Shown: in pieces, positions 22,186-35,330 of the stretch | How the letters are laid out: each line of letters starts with the position of its first letter | How positions within the stretch are numbered: position 1 is the first letter of the stretch | NCBI RefSeq assembly: GCF_006345805.1 | Contig: NW_021835791.1 | Span: 1-41,501, forward strand | DNA length: 41,501 nucleotides | Direction: 5' to 3' | Source: Octopus sinensis | Lineage: Eukaryota | Notes under the pieces: generated by a model | Told to the model about the DNA's origin: nothing | Databases searched by the model: none | The model's input: the letters and a program-made list of their open reading frames with translations, nothing else | Position numbers and translations under genes: made by a program

Positions 22186-22579
22186 TATAAATAAAATACA
22201 AAAATGGGACAAGAACGCAAAACATCCAGACTGTTAGATGATACAAAAAAGGGACAACAAAACATCTAGACAGACGATACAAGGAAACAAGGACGGGTCA
22301 TTCGAAGTTTTCTATCCTCAGTCGAGTTCCAGATTATCTTTCCAATTTCGGCTGGTTATACTCAAGATTGCCTCCAATATGGCAGAGCCCCAAGGAAAAA
22401 CTAAGCTAACAGCATTAGATTCCTTGGAAGAAAGCATACGAATTACGAATGTATACGAAAACAAGGACGGAAAAAAACAGAAATGTTACACAAATACAAA
22501 TGCAATTAAAAGGACACAACAACAGGTGTCTTTCGACTAAGGACGAATTAAATTAAGCTGGCGTGTGTGGAAGTAAAGG

Positions 22580-22740
22580 CAGGCATATTTTTTACGTTCT
22601 AAGTTCAAATTTTGCCGAGGTCAACTTTACCTTCTATCCTTTCGGGGTCGTTAAATAAAGTACTAGCCTTGTGCTGGGAGTAATATAGTCGACGTTCATT
22701 CCATCCAAATATATAACCTCATGCCTGTGTTTGACATGAT
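22580..22740 (+). mobile_element. Partial family M SINE
   Basis: GTTCAAATTTTGCCGAGGTCAACTTTACCTTCTATCCTTTCGGGGTCG. Confidence 0.7.
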
Positions 22741-24299
22741 TCACGCGGCGTATCTAGCGACGTTTTGTGCCACGTAACTATAATCTTGGGCATACAAATA
22801 CACAGCAGCACACGATTTGGAAGGAATTGCTGTAAATACTTTAAAAAAGCCCCTAGAATTACACGACTAGAATGAATTTCATCACAGGTTTACTTGATTA
22901 GTTCTGTAGCTAAACTGTAATAAATGTTTTTCTCTTTACTATTGACAATCGTAATTATCATCGTAATTACCAAATGACAAAAGTTGTTTAATTCTTTCAG
23001 GAATCACTTCATGTGAGAAACTAATCAGTGTATTTTAGTAAGGTGGACAATGAAATCAGTCCTGCAAACAACAATGTCGTCAGCGAGCTAATAATCAGAG
23101 GTTCAAATTCGCTGTTCGACTTGCTAGCGATAGCGAGTCAATACCTTCAAATCAAAGTTTACATGCTGTAACTTGAAGTGATTTCTTCATTTTCCCCGAT
23201 TCTTTCACTATTATAACAGCTTCTGCTCTTCTGAATTTGGATCTTATGTTTGGGAAGCGGATCACGGCTTTACGATAATGAGTTCAAATATTCTAAACAT
23301 GAGGCTACACATCTTTACGTTTTTTTTTTAAAAAAGCCAAATTAATACTCTCTCCAAGCAGGAACACCAGATCCAGCTATCTCTTTTTCCGTGTTTTACC
23401 ATCCCAGCATATCCCACACGAAACAGTTGCCCACTCCACTTCCAGAGTTGCCTATTTCAAAAAGGTAAAGTTGCGTGGCCTACTGGTTAGTATATTTGAA
23501 CTCACCATCGTAAAGTCGCTGATATAAATGTTCAAAATGAGAAACGGCTCTAGCAATTGGGGTGAGACATTTTGGCATAGCCGTTCAGGCGCCTCCTATA
23601 TAGCGTCACTGATTCGACGCTGACTTATTTGACATCAGACGTCTTAAAGCTTCTCTCGTTCCCTTTCTCGCCCTCCCTCCCTCCTCACTCTCTGTTTATG
23701 TGTGTGAGCATATTTCGTTTTATGTGTATAAGGAGAGTGAAAGTGTTTATTTCAATCATGTTCAATTAAATGAATAAATTGTAATGCCTCTCTCTTTCCC
23801 TTTCTCTCACTCATTCTATTTCTATGTATGTATTTTTTGATCGTGTGTATATATTCATGCGTGTCACCAAAACAGGCTGAATGTCCAGGCTGCTGTGCCA
23901 AATACTCAGCGCCTAAGTAACGGCGCCCAAACGCCTTATTACGCAATTCTTCGTATTGCTTAACCTCATCTGACTAACTAACAAAATTATTATTCAAAAT
24001 ACAGATACGCCAGAATAGAACGAACCCCTATATATAAAAGCAAACGAGCACAGAACTTGTTCAAGAAACGGGAATTCTAGCACGAATGTTCCATAAATTG
24101 CCTTCAATCTCTTTTATACACACCTTACATTGTTGTTAATCTGCTCTCCAGGTTGTTAAACCAACCTTAATCGTAACAAATCGGATTACTAGGTTAACCG
24201 TTCTTACAAGAAGTATTAGATAGGGAAGTTAAATATGGAGGAATTTCTAAGTTAAAACACTATGAACGCATTTGGCTGACGAATGCAATGTTTTGTAAC

Positions 24300-24437
24300 A
24301 TTCATAAATGTATGTATGTATTATATAGAACATATATATGTACATACATATATACACACAGTCTCCCCCTCACAAACACACTCACACATATATATACACA
24401 TACACAGACACAGATATATATATGTGTATATATATGT

Positions 24438-24476
<39 letters not shown>

Positions 24477-24500
24477 CACAGACACATATATATATATATG

Positions 24501-24544
<44 letters not shown>

Positions 24545-24853
24545 AGTATATATATATGTGTATATGCATATATATCTTTATATATATATATGTATACATA
24601 CATACACATGAGTATATATATGCATGTGTGTGTATATATAAACATACACATACATATATATATGTAACCTACATAAACATATATACACATACATGTACGT
24701 ATATAACCTACATAAATATACATACATATATGTGAGATGCATAAATATGCGTGCGGGAATGTGTGTTTGTGAATTCAAGCTCGTGCATATGCATATCTGT
24801 ATGCATATACATATCAAACGCGTGATATATGCATATCTATATGTTTCTTTCTT

Positions 24854-24926
<73 letters not shown>

Positions 24927-25268
24927 TTATGTATCTATTTATCTATCTATCTATGCATGCATACGTATGGAAGTATATAAGTGTGAATGGATGTGTGGAT
25001 GTAAGAATGTATGTATGTTTGTATGTATGTATGCATGATCAAGGTGAATGACCTAGGAATGAAGGTTCTTCGTGTATTACGTATATAGAAGAACTTTGAT
25101 TCTTGACTTCATACTTATCAGCATATCGCCATGGAGAGAAGAAAAATATATCACGAAAACATTCATTTGAATCTGATATCAGGTGTGTATTTTCATTTTC
25201 TACTTTCATACCAAACATACATACATTACATACATACATACATATTTGTGCTTACTGAGTTTTATATA

Positions 25269-25336
<68 letters not shown>

Positions 25337-25654
25337 TATATATATATATGTATGTGTATATATATATATATGTATGTAATATATATATGTGTATATATAT
25401 ATTATATATATGTATATATATATGTATTATATATATATATGTATATATATATGTATATATATTGTGTGTGTGTGTAGAAAAAGAGAGAGTGACAGAGACG
25501 TACTATATATATGTATTTATGTGTGTACGTGTGAATATGTATATATATATATTATATATATATAGTATTATATATATATATATGAAATATATGCACATTT
25601 GTAAATGCATGTATATATATGTATGTAGTGCATGTATATATGTATGTATATATA

Positions 25655-25725
<71 letters not shown>
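24300..25725. repeat. Large (TA)/(CA)/(TATC)/(TATG) microsatellite field, with a short complex island at about 25040-25200
   Basis: Direct reading. Confidence 0.9.
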
Positions 25726-25726
<1 letters not shown>

Positions 25727-26069
25727 TGATAGCTAAATAAAACGGTAGACAATATAGACCGCACACAGACAGATAGACAGATAGATGGAGGGATAGATAG
25801 ACAGACCGACTGAGGCACATACATATTTAATTACTCACCCACAAAATATATTCACATGGAAATTCACAAAAAGCGGAGTGAATGAAACGGTTGAGCTTCC
25901 ACCTATGTTAAAAATACGTATTTCTTTTTCTATTCCATTCCTGTTATTACATCAAAGCAATTCAAGAATGCAAGAAATCAATGCATGCAAGCACAATTAT
26001 ATGCAAACAGGTATGCGCGCATTAATAAGCAGACATACATAGGAGAATACATGCATGGATGTATGAATA

Positions 26070-26107
<38 letters not shown>

Positions 26108-26256
26108 TTTAAGTATTGTGAATCGATATACATAAACATCTGGATTGTATCAAATATGCAACATGCTGCCTCCCTTTGTATCATAATACATAGCATTGCA
26201 TATTAACTGTCTCACGCACATACATATCGGTATAGAATATTATTATATATAATATA

Positions 26257-26327
<71 letters not shown>

Positions 26328-26384
26328 TGTACATATATTTATGTCTGTCTTGTCTGTCCTCTCTCTATATAGATATACACATGT

Positions 26385-26417
<33 letters not shown>

Positions 26418-26540
26418 AACATGCACGTATGTACCTATATATAGAAACATAATATAATATATACACACATAATACATACATACCGGCATACGTACACATT
26501 CATTCACATACACACACGCGCACATACATACAAACACACT

Positions 26541-26578
<38 letters not shown>

Positions 26579-26631
26579 ACACACACACAAAAGAAAATAT
26601 TTATATATTCATAAATACATACATATATGCA

Positions 26632-27638
26632 TTTACAATTTCGTTGATCAGTATAGCTTTTAATACCGAAGGTTGATGCCAGCCCTTCTAGGATCGCCCG
26701 AATAGAAATTGCTTCAAATATTTCCTGTCTTCGCTCCAGTGCTCCATTGTATCAGCCCTTTCAACTATTTTCAGTAAATCACTTGTTGGATTGAAACCAT
26801 GTTTTTTTTTTCTTTCTGTGTCTTGTAACATAGGATTGCTTTCACTTCTAGCGTTAGATTATCCCAATGTGAATACCATAGTAGGGATCAATAGTCTAGA
26901 CAGCTGAGAAATTCACAGAACCTATATGGTTCCTTGCTTTCTCTTTTACAGAATAATTTTAGCATCCAGCTTAGCAGGCTTCTGCGCATCGTTGCGATCT
27001 TAGTAATATGTGCGAGTTTTGGCACATCATTACTTACATTGAATATATTTTTCTTTATTGCACACAGGAGGCTAAACACAGAGGGGATAAACAAGGACAG
27101 GCAAAGGGATTAAGTTGATTAAATCGACCCCAGTGCATAACTGGTACTTATTTAATCGACCCCGAAAGGATGAAAGACAAAGTCGACCTCGGTGGAATTG
27201 AGCTCAGAACCTAACACCAGACGAAATAAAGCTAAGCATTTCGTCCGGTGTGCTAACGATTCTTATTTCTTTATTGCCCATAAGGGGCTAAATATAGAGG
27301 GGACAAACAAGGACAGACAAAGAGATTAAGTCGATTAGTTAATTTATCGACCCCGAAAGGATGAAAGGCAAAGTCGACCTCGGCGGAATTTGAACTCAGA
27401 AAGTAATGGTAGACAAAATAACGCTAAGCATTTCGTCCGGTGTGCTAACGTTTCTGCCAGCTCGTCGCCTTTACATTGAGACAGTATTTATTTAGAGTGA
27501 TAGCGAAGAGCTTGAAATTCACCAGCTTTAAATTGAAATGTTGTATTCTTCTGTAAAATTGCTGGTTACATTAATATCTTGTCGGTTCACCCCAGCTCCA
27601 TGGTTCATAATTGCTTCTGATATTTTCGTATCTTCAAA
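26632..27638 (-). pseudogene. I/Nimb-like LINE ORF2 fragment (RT C-terminal half and thumb), interrupted by a SINE dimer
   Basis: Minus strand: FEDTKISEAI...QFKAGEFQALRY (27638-27490); after the SINE, RRSLLSWMLKLFCKRE...LSCLDY*SLLW...LERRQE...ILEGL...FGIKSYT. This resembles FADDTK..NNMQFN.GKFQ.LRY..W.LRTF..R..LDYCS.LW..SLERRRERY...ILEGL.PNFGI. The clade label is less certain than the LINE call. Confidence 0.75.
27043..27470 (-). mobile_element. Dimeric family M SINE with a 9-bp TSD
   Basis: TTACATTGA at 27034-27042 and 27471-27479; internal junction AACGATTCT|TATTTC near 27263. Confidence 0.9.
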
Positions 27639-28026
27639 ACGGCGTGCAGGTAGAATTGTTAGCACTTCAGACAAAATGCTTAGCAGCATTTCTTCATCAC
27701 GCTATATATCGTATAGAGAGAGTAAAAGAGAGATAGACAGAGATTGATAAATTTTGATAAATATAGATAGAGAGAGAGATGGGGAGAGCTAAGATAAGAG
27801 GTGCAGGAGTATTGCATGCTAGGCTTGTTGGAAAGTAACGAGTAAATGAATGCTACACACACACACGAACAAACACATACACATCCAAACACACACATAC
27901 ACACACAATGTGAGTGAACGAATTAGAGATAGGTAACAAGGAAAATATACTCCATATACATATACATAAATACATACATATATAAATTCTTAAAACATGA
28001 CACACGCATGCATATATATACGCGTT

Positions 28027-28068
<42 letters not shown>

Positions 28069-28109
28069 ATCGCCATGTCGATTCGCTAGCTTCTGCACGT
28101 ATTTTTTTC

Positions 28110-28281
28110 TCTCCTTGTTTCTCTCCGTGTTTCTTTTCTGTGTATCTTTCTGTTGAAGAGCGTAGGCTCGAAACGTAAAAGACTTGTTTTATTTATATTC
28201 CTGAGCGCCATACTAATACAATTGTTTGTTTGTATTCCACCTGCCTTCGTCTTTTGTTAATTTTCATAAAGCTTCCCGTTA
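28110..28281 (+). mobile_element. Family H5 element, HHR-like motif at 28146-28181
   Basis: CTTT-CTGTTGA-A-GAGC(gtag)GCTC-GAAA-CG-TA-AAAG. Confidence 0.8.
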
Positions 28282-28319
28282 TATATATATATATGTATAT
28301 ATATGCATAATATAAAAAC

Positions 28320-28632
28320 GATAAACGTCGCCCTTTTCAAGCCTAGCCAGGCTCATGGGCCAAGTTTCCCGGTTTACTGTGGCGTATGTGTTCCCCTACC
28401 CCCAGCTAGAAGGGACGCCAGTCCATCGCAGCGTTACTCAAGAAACAGGAAGAGAGAGTGAGAGAAAGTGGTGGCGAAAGAGTACAACAGGGGTGCCCCT
28501 CCTGCCGGAGGCTCGTGGAGCTTCTAGGTGTTTTCACTCAATAAACACACACAACGCCCGGTCTGAGAATCGAAACCGCGATCCTCCGTCCGCGAGTCCG
28601 CTGCCCTAACCACCGGGCCATTGCGCCTCCAC
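28320..28632 (-). mobile_element. tRNA-derived SINE with a V-domain-like segment
   Basis: Reverse complement: head TGGCCCGGTGGTTAGGG...GTTTCGATTC; internal GGACTGGCGTCCC. Confidence 0.75.
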
Positions 28633-28914
28633 ATATACATAATATAAATACATACAAACATTTGTGAACATACATGACATATATATGTAAATTCATTGAA
28701 GAATGTATCCGTGCGTGCATGCATACGCTCACACATATACACATACCTCACATAAGCACACTGATATACAGACACGCAGAGACAAATACCACATACATAG
28801 ATACATACATTCATTCATACATACATACATGCATACATACATACATACATACATACGTACATACATACATACATATAAAAATACATATACAATCATGCAT
28901 ACAGTCATGCATGT

Positions 28915-29007
28915 ATATTTGTATACTATTTGTTATCTATAGCTTTCTGCGCTTCGAGACACACTGTTCCACAAAAGGAATCATACATATAGAGACAGAT
29001 CGACAGG

Positions 29008-29070
<63 letters not shown>

Positions 29071-29229
29071 ATAAACAGATATACAAACAGACAGGCAAGC
29101 AGAGAGGCAGACAGGCAGACAACAGATAGATAGATAGATAAATAAATAGACAGACAGAGAAAGCGACAGAGAGAAAGAGAAAGTGAGCGAGAGAGAGATA
29201 GATAGACAGAGAAAGTGACAGAGAGAAAG

Positions 29230-29267
<38 letters not shown>

Positions 29268-29963
29268 ACATGTACATACATACACGCATGGATATATATA
29301 CATGCATACATACATACATACATACAAACATACATACATACATACATACATACATACATACATACATACATACATACATCCGTACGTACGTACATACATG
29401 CATACATACATACATACATACATACATACATACATACATACATACATACATACATACATAAATACATACATACATACATCCGTACGTACGTACGTACACA
29501 CACATGCCTATATAAAAATTCAATAGCATTGATATATTATTCCAGTTTAATGAAGAGAGTGAAACCTGTTATTGGTGAATAAACTTTTTGTCTGGCCTCT
29601 CCTTTGAAATAATTTTTTTCTCTTCTGAATCATGCCAACTTATTCCATCCGTAACTTCCGCTTTTAACAATATACTTCAACTGCAGGCAACAAAATGTCT
29701 CCAGCATAATGTAGACTATATGTGGCTTGGCAACACTCGATTGTTATAGTACCGTAAAATTTAGTGTAACGTATTTTATTCGTCTCGTTTAGATGGAGAG
29801 TGCATTCTGTGCTTTAAGAGTCCCATTAATAATTACGAGGAAAATAGTTACGTGTTTTACTCTCCATTCCGTTCCATTGAGAAATGGTTCTATGTTCATA
29901 TAGGTATGAAGATATACATGATTGGCACATGAGCCACGGCACGTCTGTATGTAATTATACGAC

Positions 29964-29995
<32 letters not shown>

Positions 29996-30040
29996 TGTAT
30001 GTATGTATGTATGTATGTATGTATGTATGTATGTACATGG

Positions 30041-30114
<74 letters not shown>

Positions 30115-30148
30115 GTCTATCTATCTACCTACCGGTCTGTCTGTCTAT

Positions 30149-30222
<74 letters not shown>

Positions 30223-30569
30223 GTCAATCTGTCTCTCTACTTGTATGCTTCTTTTAGTGGAACAATGTATCTCGAAGTGCATAAAACTATAGATAATAGT
30301 ATACAAATATTGGGTTTAAAAACACCTCTTTGGAGAAAAAAGTTATTAGAGATGTGGTTTCGTGTACCACAAGCAGCCTTGAACATTTTTAAAATCCAAA
30401 ATGGTTTTCCAAACCAGTATTTACATGCCTTTATATATAGCTTTATGTGCTTCGAGATCCACTGCTCCAAAAAAGAATTATTTTAATTTCTGTTAAAAGT
30501 TTATAAATTCTTGTAACATCAACCACACACACACACGCACAAACACAAACACACACACACATACGCACA

Positions 30570-30613
<44 letters not shown>

Positions 30614-30812
30614 AAGTATGATTCTTTTTGTAGAACAGTGTGTCTCGAAGCGCATAAAGCTATAGATAATAAATAGTATATAAATATTGGGTTAAAAACC
30701 TCTTTGGATAAAAAAAACGTGGTTAGAAATGTGGTTTTGCGTTCCACGAGTTACCTTCAACTTCTTTTATATCCAAAAGGGATTTCCAAATCAGTATTTA
30801 CATGCCTTTATA
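28915..30812. repeat. Four copies (two partial inverted, two forward) of a ~195-bp unit linked to (TCTA)n and (TATG)n tracts
   Basis: Inverted 28915-28986 and 30436-30480; forward 30243-30437 and 30616-30812. Confidence 0.85.
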
Positions 30813-31105
30813 GATAGGGAAACGCTAACGTGATATATAGACAAGTAAATAACGTCCCTATATTCTGAATAGGGGAGCTCCGCTTGTCGTGGAAATATTA
30901 GGGATCAATTAAAACTGAAATAGAATAAAGTACAGGGGCGATATTGGAAAATGGGAGTGAAGGTCAAATAAACAGGGTTGAGTCAGCTTTCTTCAACTAT
31001 AAAGAAAAACGAAAAAGAGAAAAAAGGAATTCTGGTGTTTTACAAAGAAAATATCAATTACACCTGACGCATACATACATTCTGGAGAGATAAGAAAAAT
31101 ATAAT

Positions 31106-31169
<64 letters not shown>

Positions 31170-31975
31170 CTTCAAAGAAGCAGTGACACAGGTGTGTGTA
31201 GCTAGATATGTGTTTTTATGTAATATATTTATATGTATGTGTGTGTGTATACATACGCATGAATGTAATATAAATATATGTACATACACAATACATGTAC
31301 GTGTGTGTGTGTGTGTGTGTGTGTGTGTAGTTATGAGATAGATAGTTAGGAAGGCAGACAGGCATAGAAATAGGTAGATACCTCGCTAGCTAGCTAGAAA
31401 GATAGGTAGATAAACGCTGTGTAAAGACGTTTGAATAAAATATGTCGTTTCCTAATTAACAGCGGAAGGAATATTTATGTTCTATCAGTGAAAGAATTCT
31501 GCTTAATATTTAGACAAATATGTCATGTAGAAGTGGAGGACCAAACACAGACACAACGACACACGCACACACATACACGACGAGCTTCAACATAGTCTAC
31601 AAAATTCCGTCTACAAAATTCACTCATATAAAATATTGATCGGTCCGTAGTTATTGTAGAAGTTACTTGCCCAAGCTGTCGCGCAATGGATCCGAACTCA
31701 TTTCTGCAAAGCGAGTTATTTTTTTAAACTCCACAGTCTGTCGTAGATAAAAATTTTATAATACATCAAAGCAAGACCACAAATGCTCAGCAAAAATAAA
31801 AATTGATTGAGGATGAGACTAATAAAAATCAAACTACAATAAGTAAATACTGGAATAAACAGAAATAAAAAAAAATACGAAATTGGAAATCGTCTGATTC
31901 AGACAGTCAAAAGCCTCTAGTTTGAAAGTTTCATACGTTTGTATAACAAAAGAAAAACATAAACCAATGCAAAAA

Positions 31976-32409
31976 TCTCTCTATATATAAACGGCAGTTT
32001 GTCTGTCTGTGTGTCTGTGTGTCTGTCAGGTTGTACCCTCACCCTGACCACGGCTTTCAACCGATTCTGATGAAACTTGACACACACATAGCCCAATGTC
32101 ATAATTCAAAACTAACGCAGTGAAAATTTTGAAAAGTTCCCCCAGTTCTGAAAAAAATCGATAAATTCGACATGGGGTCGAGAATCTAAGCTTTTTATAT
32201 GCTTTTCTGTCTAGGGGACACAACTCGACCTTTTTATCGCTCAAAAGGACAGCTAGAAACATCGTATACACAGAAGTATTCGAGTGAAGAGAAGACATTG
32301 CAACCTACACATGCTCCTTCATTCCCTAGAGGGAAACGACTAGATTGGGATTAGTCGTTGCCTACTAGGGGCTCTTACATAGCCGGGCAACGCCGGGCTA
32401 TGCTGCTAG
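31976..32409 (+). mobile_element. Non-autonomous Helitron, 434 bp
   Basis: Starts TC (TCTCTCTATATATAAA) after an A and ends CTAG before a T. Hairpin TAGCCGGGC-AAC-GCCGGGCTA (8 of 9 bp) at 32380-32400, 5 nt before CTAG. No TSD. Confidence 0.88.
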
Positions 32410-32584
32410 TATAAGATAAAAGGGAAAGTGACGAACTATAAATTTATCATGTATTTACTACTGATGTGGACATTTCTGAGGTGGTTGGCATCTGATTTGG
32501 AATGCGTCTTTCTTCATGAACATTTGAAGGATAAGAACGGCTGCTGATAGAGACTTTCGGGAACTATGTAACTCACTGTATATG

Positions 32585-32652
32585 CTCTTCTACTCTAGGC
32601 ACAAGGCCCGAAATTTTGCGGGAGGGGTTAGTCGATTAGATCGACCCCAGTA
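32585..32652 (-). mobile_element. 3' fragment of a family M SINE, cut by a hairpin
   Basis: CTCTAGGCACAAGGCCCGAAATTT...GATCGACCCCAGTA. Confidence 0.75.
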
Positions 32653-33119
32653 TGTTGTTACAACAGCCGAAACGCTGTTGTAACAACAAACAAAATGAGG
32701 ACACACATCCGTCCAATAATGTAAACAAAATGAAATGGAGTTTCACTTTATTTTACTAATTCCTGCATTATTTTAAATATTTTCTTCGTCCACAGCCACT
32801 TATAAAATCTATCAGTGATGAAGGTAACACGTGTAGATTAATTCGCTATTAATATGGGGACCTGAAACATACATGTACGTCAGGGGTGATAGTTTAATGT
32901 AAGTTTATATATATTTTTTTCGATATGTAGTTAAAGTATTATTTTTCCCCGTTAACTAGATCTACGTACGAAATATATTCAAAATATCAGTAATATAGAC
33001 GCAGTTAACGTTTTTCTTTTTGTTTTTTTTGTCAGTTCATTTTCAGTTCTGTAAAAATCCTTTTACGCATAAAATAATTTCTTGTTTCAATGATGATATT
33101 CTGTATTACGCTCTCTCTT

Positions 33120-33163
<44 letters not shown>

Positions 33164-33566
33164 CACAAATACAAACATGCACACACACAAACACACACAC
33201 ACACACACAGAGTCACATACAGAGACATGCACATACACACAAACACATACAAATACGGACTCTCTCTCTCCTTCCCTCTCCCTCCTCTCTCCTCCTTCTC
33301 TCTCCTCCTCTCCCTCCCTCTCCCCTGTCTCTATATATGTCTGCGCCTGTGTGTATTTGTGTGTGCACAAATATACACACACACATATATATATATATGT
33401 ATATATGTATATATATGTTATATGTATCGCTATATATGTATATATATATGTATAATATGTGTATATATATATAGTAATTTTAATCCAAAAGGGAAACAAA
33501 AAAACAACAACAACAGGAACAATTACCGTATTATTATTATAGGCTTCAGGAGATGGAAAGCGGGGG

Positions 33567-33604
33567 GTATGACGTTTTCGAGCGGAGCTCTTCGTCGGAA
33601 CATA
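33567..33604 (-). ncRNA. Degenerate minimal hammerhead-like motif (family H7)
   Basis: Reverse complement: CCGACGA-A-GAGC(tcc)GCTC-GAAA-ACGTC; U4 replaced by C, one extra A. Confidence 0.5.
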
Positions 33605-34809
33605 AAGAAGGTAAGATAGAGAAAAGAAGATCCAGAGTCGGGCAACAGGGAAAGAGAAAAATATGGTGTTTACGAGTTGCTATATATATATATATTATAT
33701 ATAACATATATATATATATATATCCTATATATAGTGTATATATATATATATATATTATTTATATATACCTATATATATATAGTACATATATATGTAAGTA
33801 GTGTTATGTTTCTGTATAATGTGTTCATCATTATCATCATCGTCATCGTCACCATCACCATCATTATTGTCTTTTTCTTCTTCTTCTCTTGACATTCTTT
33901 TTTCATTCTTTGAGAAGTTACCACAACTGGAATTCCGCCAGTTGCTATTTATCATTCGCAACAACTTAAAATCTCCCATCAAATTCTGAATAAAAATCTT
34001 TCCATTATACGGGTGGTGGTCGGGTAAGGGGGAAGGGCGAAATGGTTGATGAGGTGATGGTGGTGAGGGAGGCGAATGATAAAGTTGTGAAATGGAGTGT
34101 GTGAAGGTGATGGCGGTGGAGAGAGAGTGGAAGATGAAAGCTGTTTTACGGTGAGGATTCCCGCATGGTGACATTATGCATAACGAGGGTTCTACATAGT
34201 ATGTTGTTGAATGGTGGATATTGAAGGTTGTTGGTGGTGGGGGATGTGGAGGGTGGAAATGGAAAGGGGTGTGGGATAAAAGTGGTTGATGGTAAGATGG
34301 TGGAAGGTAAGGGTTGCGGACGGTGAGAGTCTGGGGACGACGTGCTCGCTGATAGAAAGGGTGACGGGCTGTGTTGTGTTGGTGGATGTCAGACTGGTGG
34401 ATGATGTGGTGGTGAACGGAGACGATGGCGAATCGTATGGATGTTGCTCAACTAACTGGTTGATGCTGAGCTTGATGGATGTCAATTGATAGACTAATAG
34501 ATATGTCATTACACGTCTTTACGTTCGGAAGGTTAGTAGTTTAGTTATTTTTGGTTTTATTGGATTTAATCCATTATTTTGACTATGGATTAAAGATCAA
34601 AGGTACAAAGTCCAGTATTTAAAACCTTAATGACTGGCTACGTCAACTTTTTTGTTATGAAATCTTAAGGTATTCACAAAAAATGTAAGCAAGTGGTATG
34701 TTTGAGCTTCTCAGTTAGCTTACTTATTGATATTTAAGGTATTTCCTATTTTCATTTGGAAGGTGATGGTTATTAATCAGGCATGTATGTGTTATACATA
34801 CATACACAT

Positions 34810-34840
<31 letters not shown>

Positions 34841-34850
34841 AATAAATACA

Positions 34851-34889
<39 letters not shown>

Positions 34890-34983
34890 GTGTGTGTGTG
34901 TGTGTATTATATGTATATACGCATATACATATACGTATGCATATATATATGTATATATATTATAGGTAGGTACACACGCATAC

Positions 34984-35016
<33 letters not shown>

Positions 35017-35045
35017 TGTATGTATGTATATATATGTATATATAT

Positions 35046-35285
35046 TCTTTTACTTGTTTCAGTCATTTGAGTGCGGTCCATGCTGGAGTACTGCCTTTAG
35101 TCAAACAAATCGACTCCAGGACATATTTTGGTAAGCCTAGTACTTATTCTATCGTTCTCTTTTCCGAACCTCTAAATTACGGTGACATAAACACACCATC
35201 ATCGGTTGTCAAGCGATGGTGGGGGAACGAACACAGACACACAAACATACCTAATACATAATAATACATACGTATATGTATATAT

Positions 35286-35330
<45 letters not shown>

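Noticed and set aside
22238-22540. 100-aa ORF and a CTGAGGA...GAA motif on the minus strand (22291-22330)
   Set aside because: No recognisable domain; the motif lacks the A15.1-U16.1 pair and a convincing stem I, so it is not called a hammerhead.
23362-23464. Possible + strand exon (CAG acceptor, AAG|GTAAAG donor)
   Set aside because: All three frames are open, none is recognisable, and the pyrimidine tract is weak; too little support.
24283-30486. Many YI/HT/CV/MYVC/YLSI ORFs (also around 2.7-5.5 kb, 10.2 kb, 33-35 kb and 39.6 kb)
   Set aside because: Di- and tetranucleotide microsatellite translations.
552-32652. Minus-strand excess of family M SINEs as evidence for a + strand host gene
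   Set aside because: The count is inflated by multimers, and other families and LINE fossils occur on both strands.
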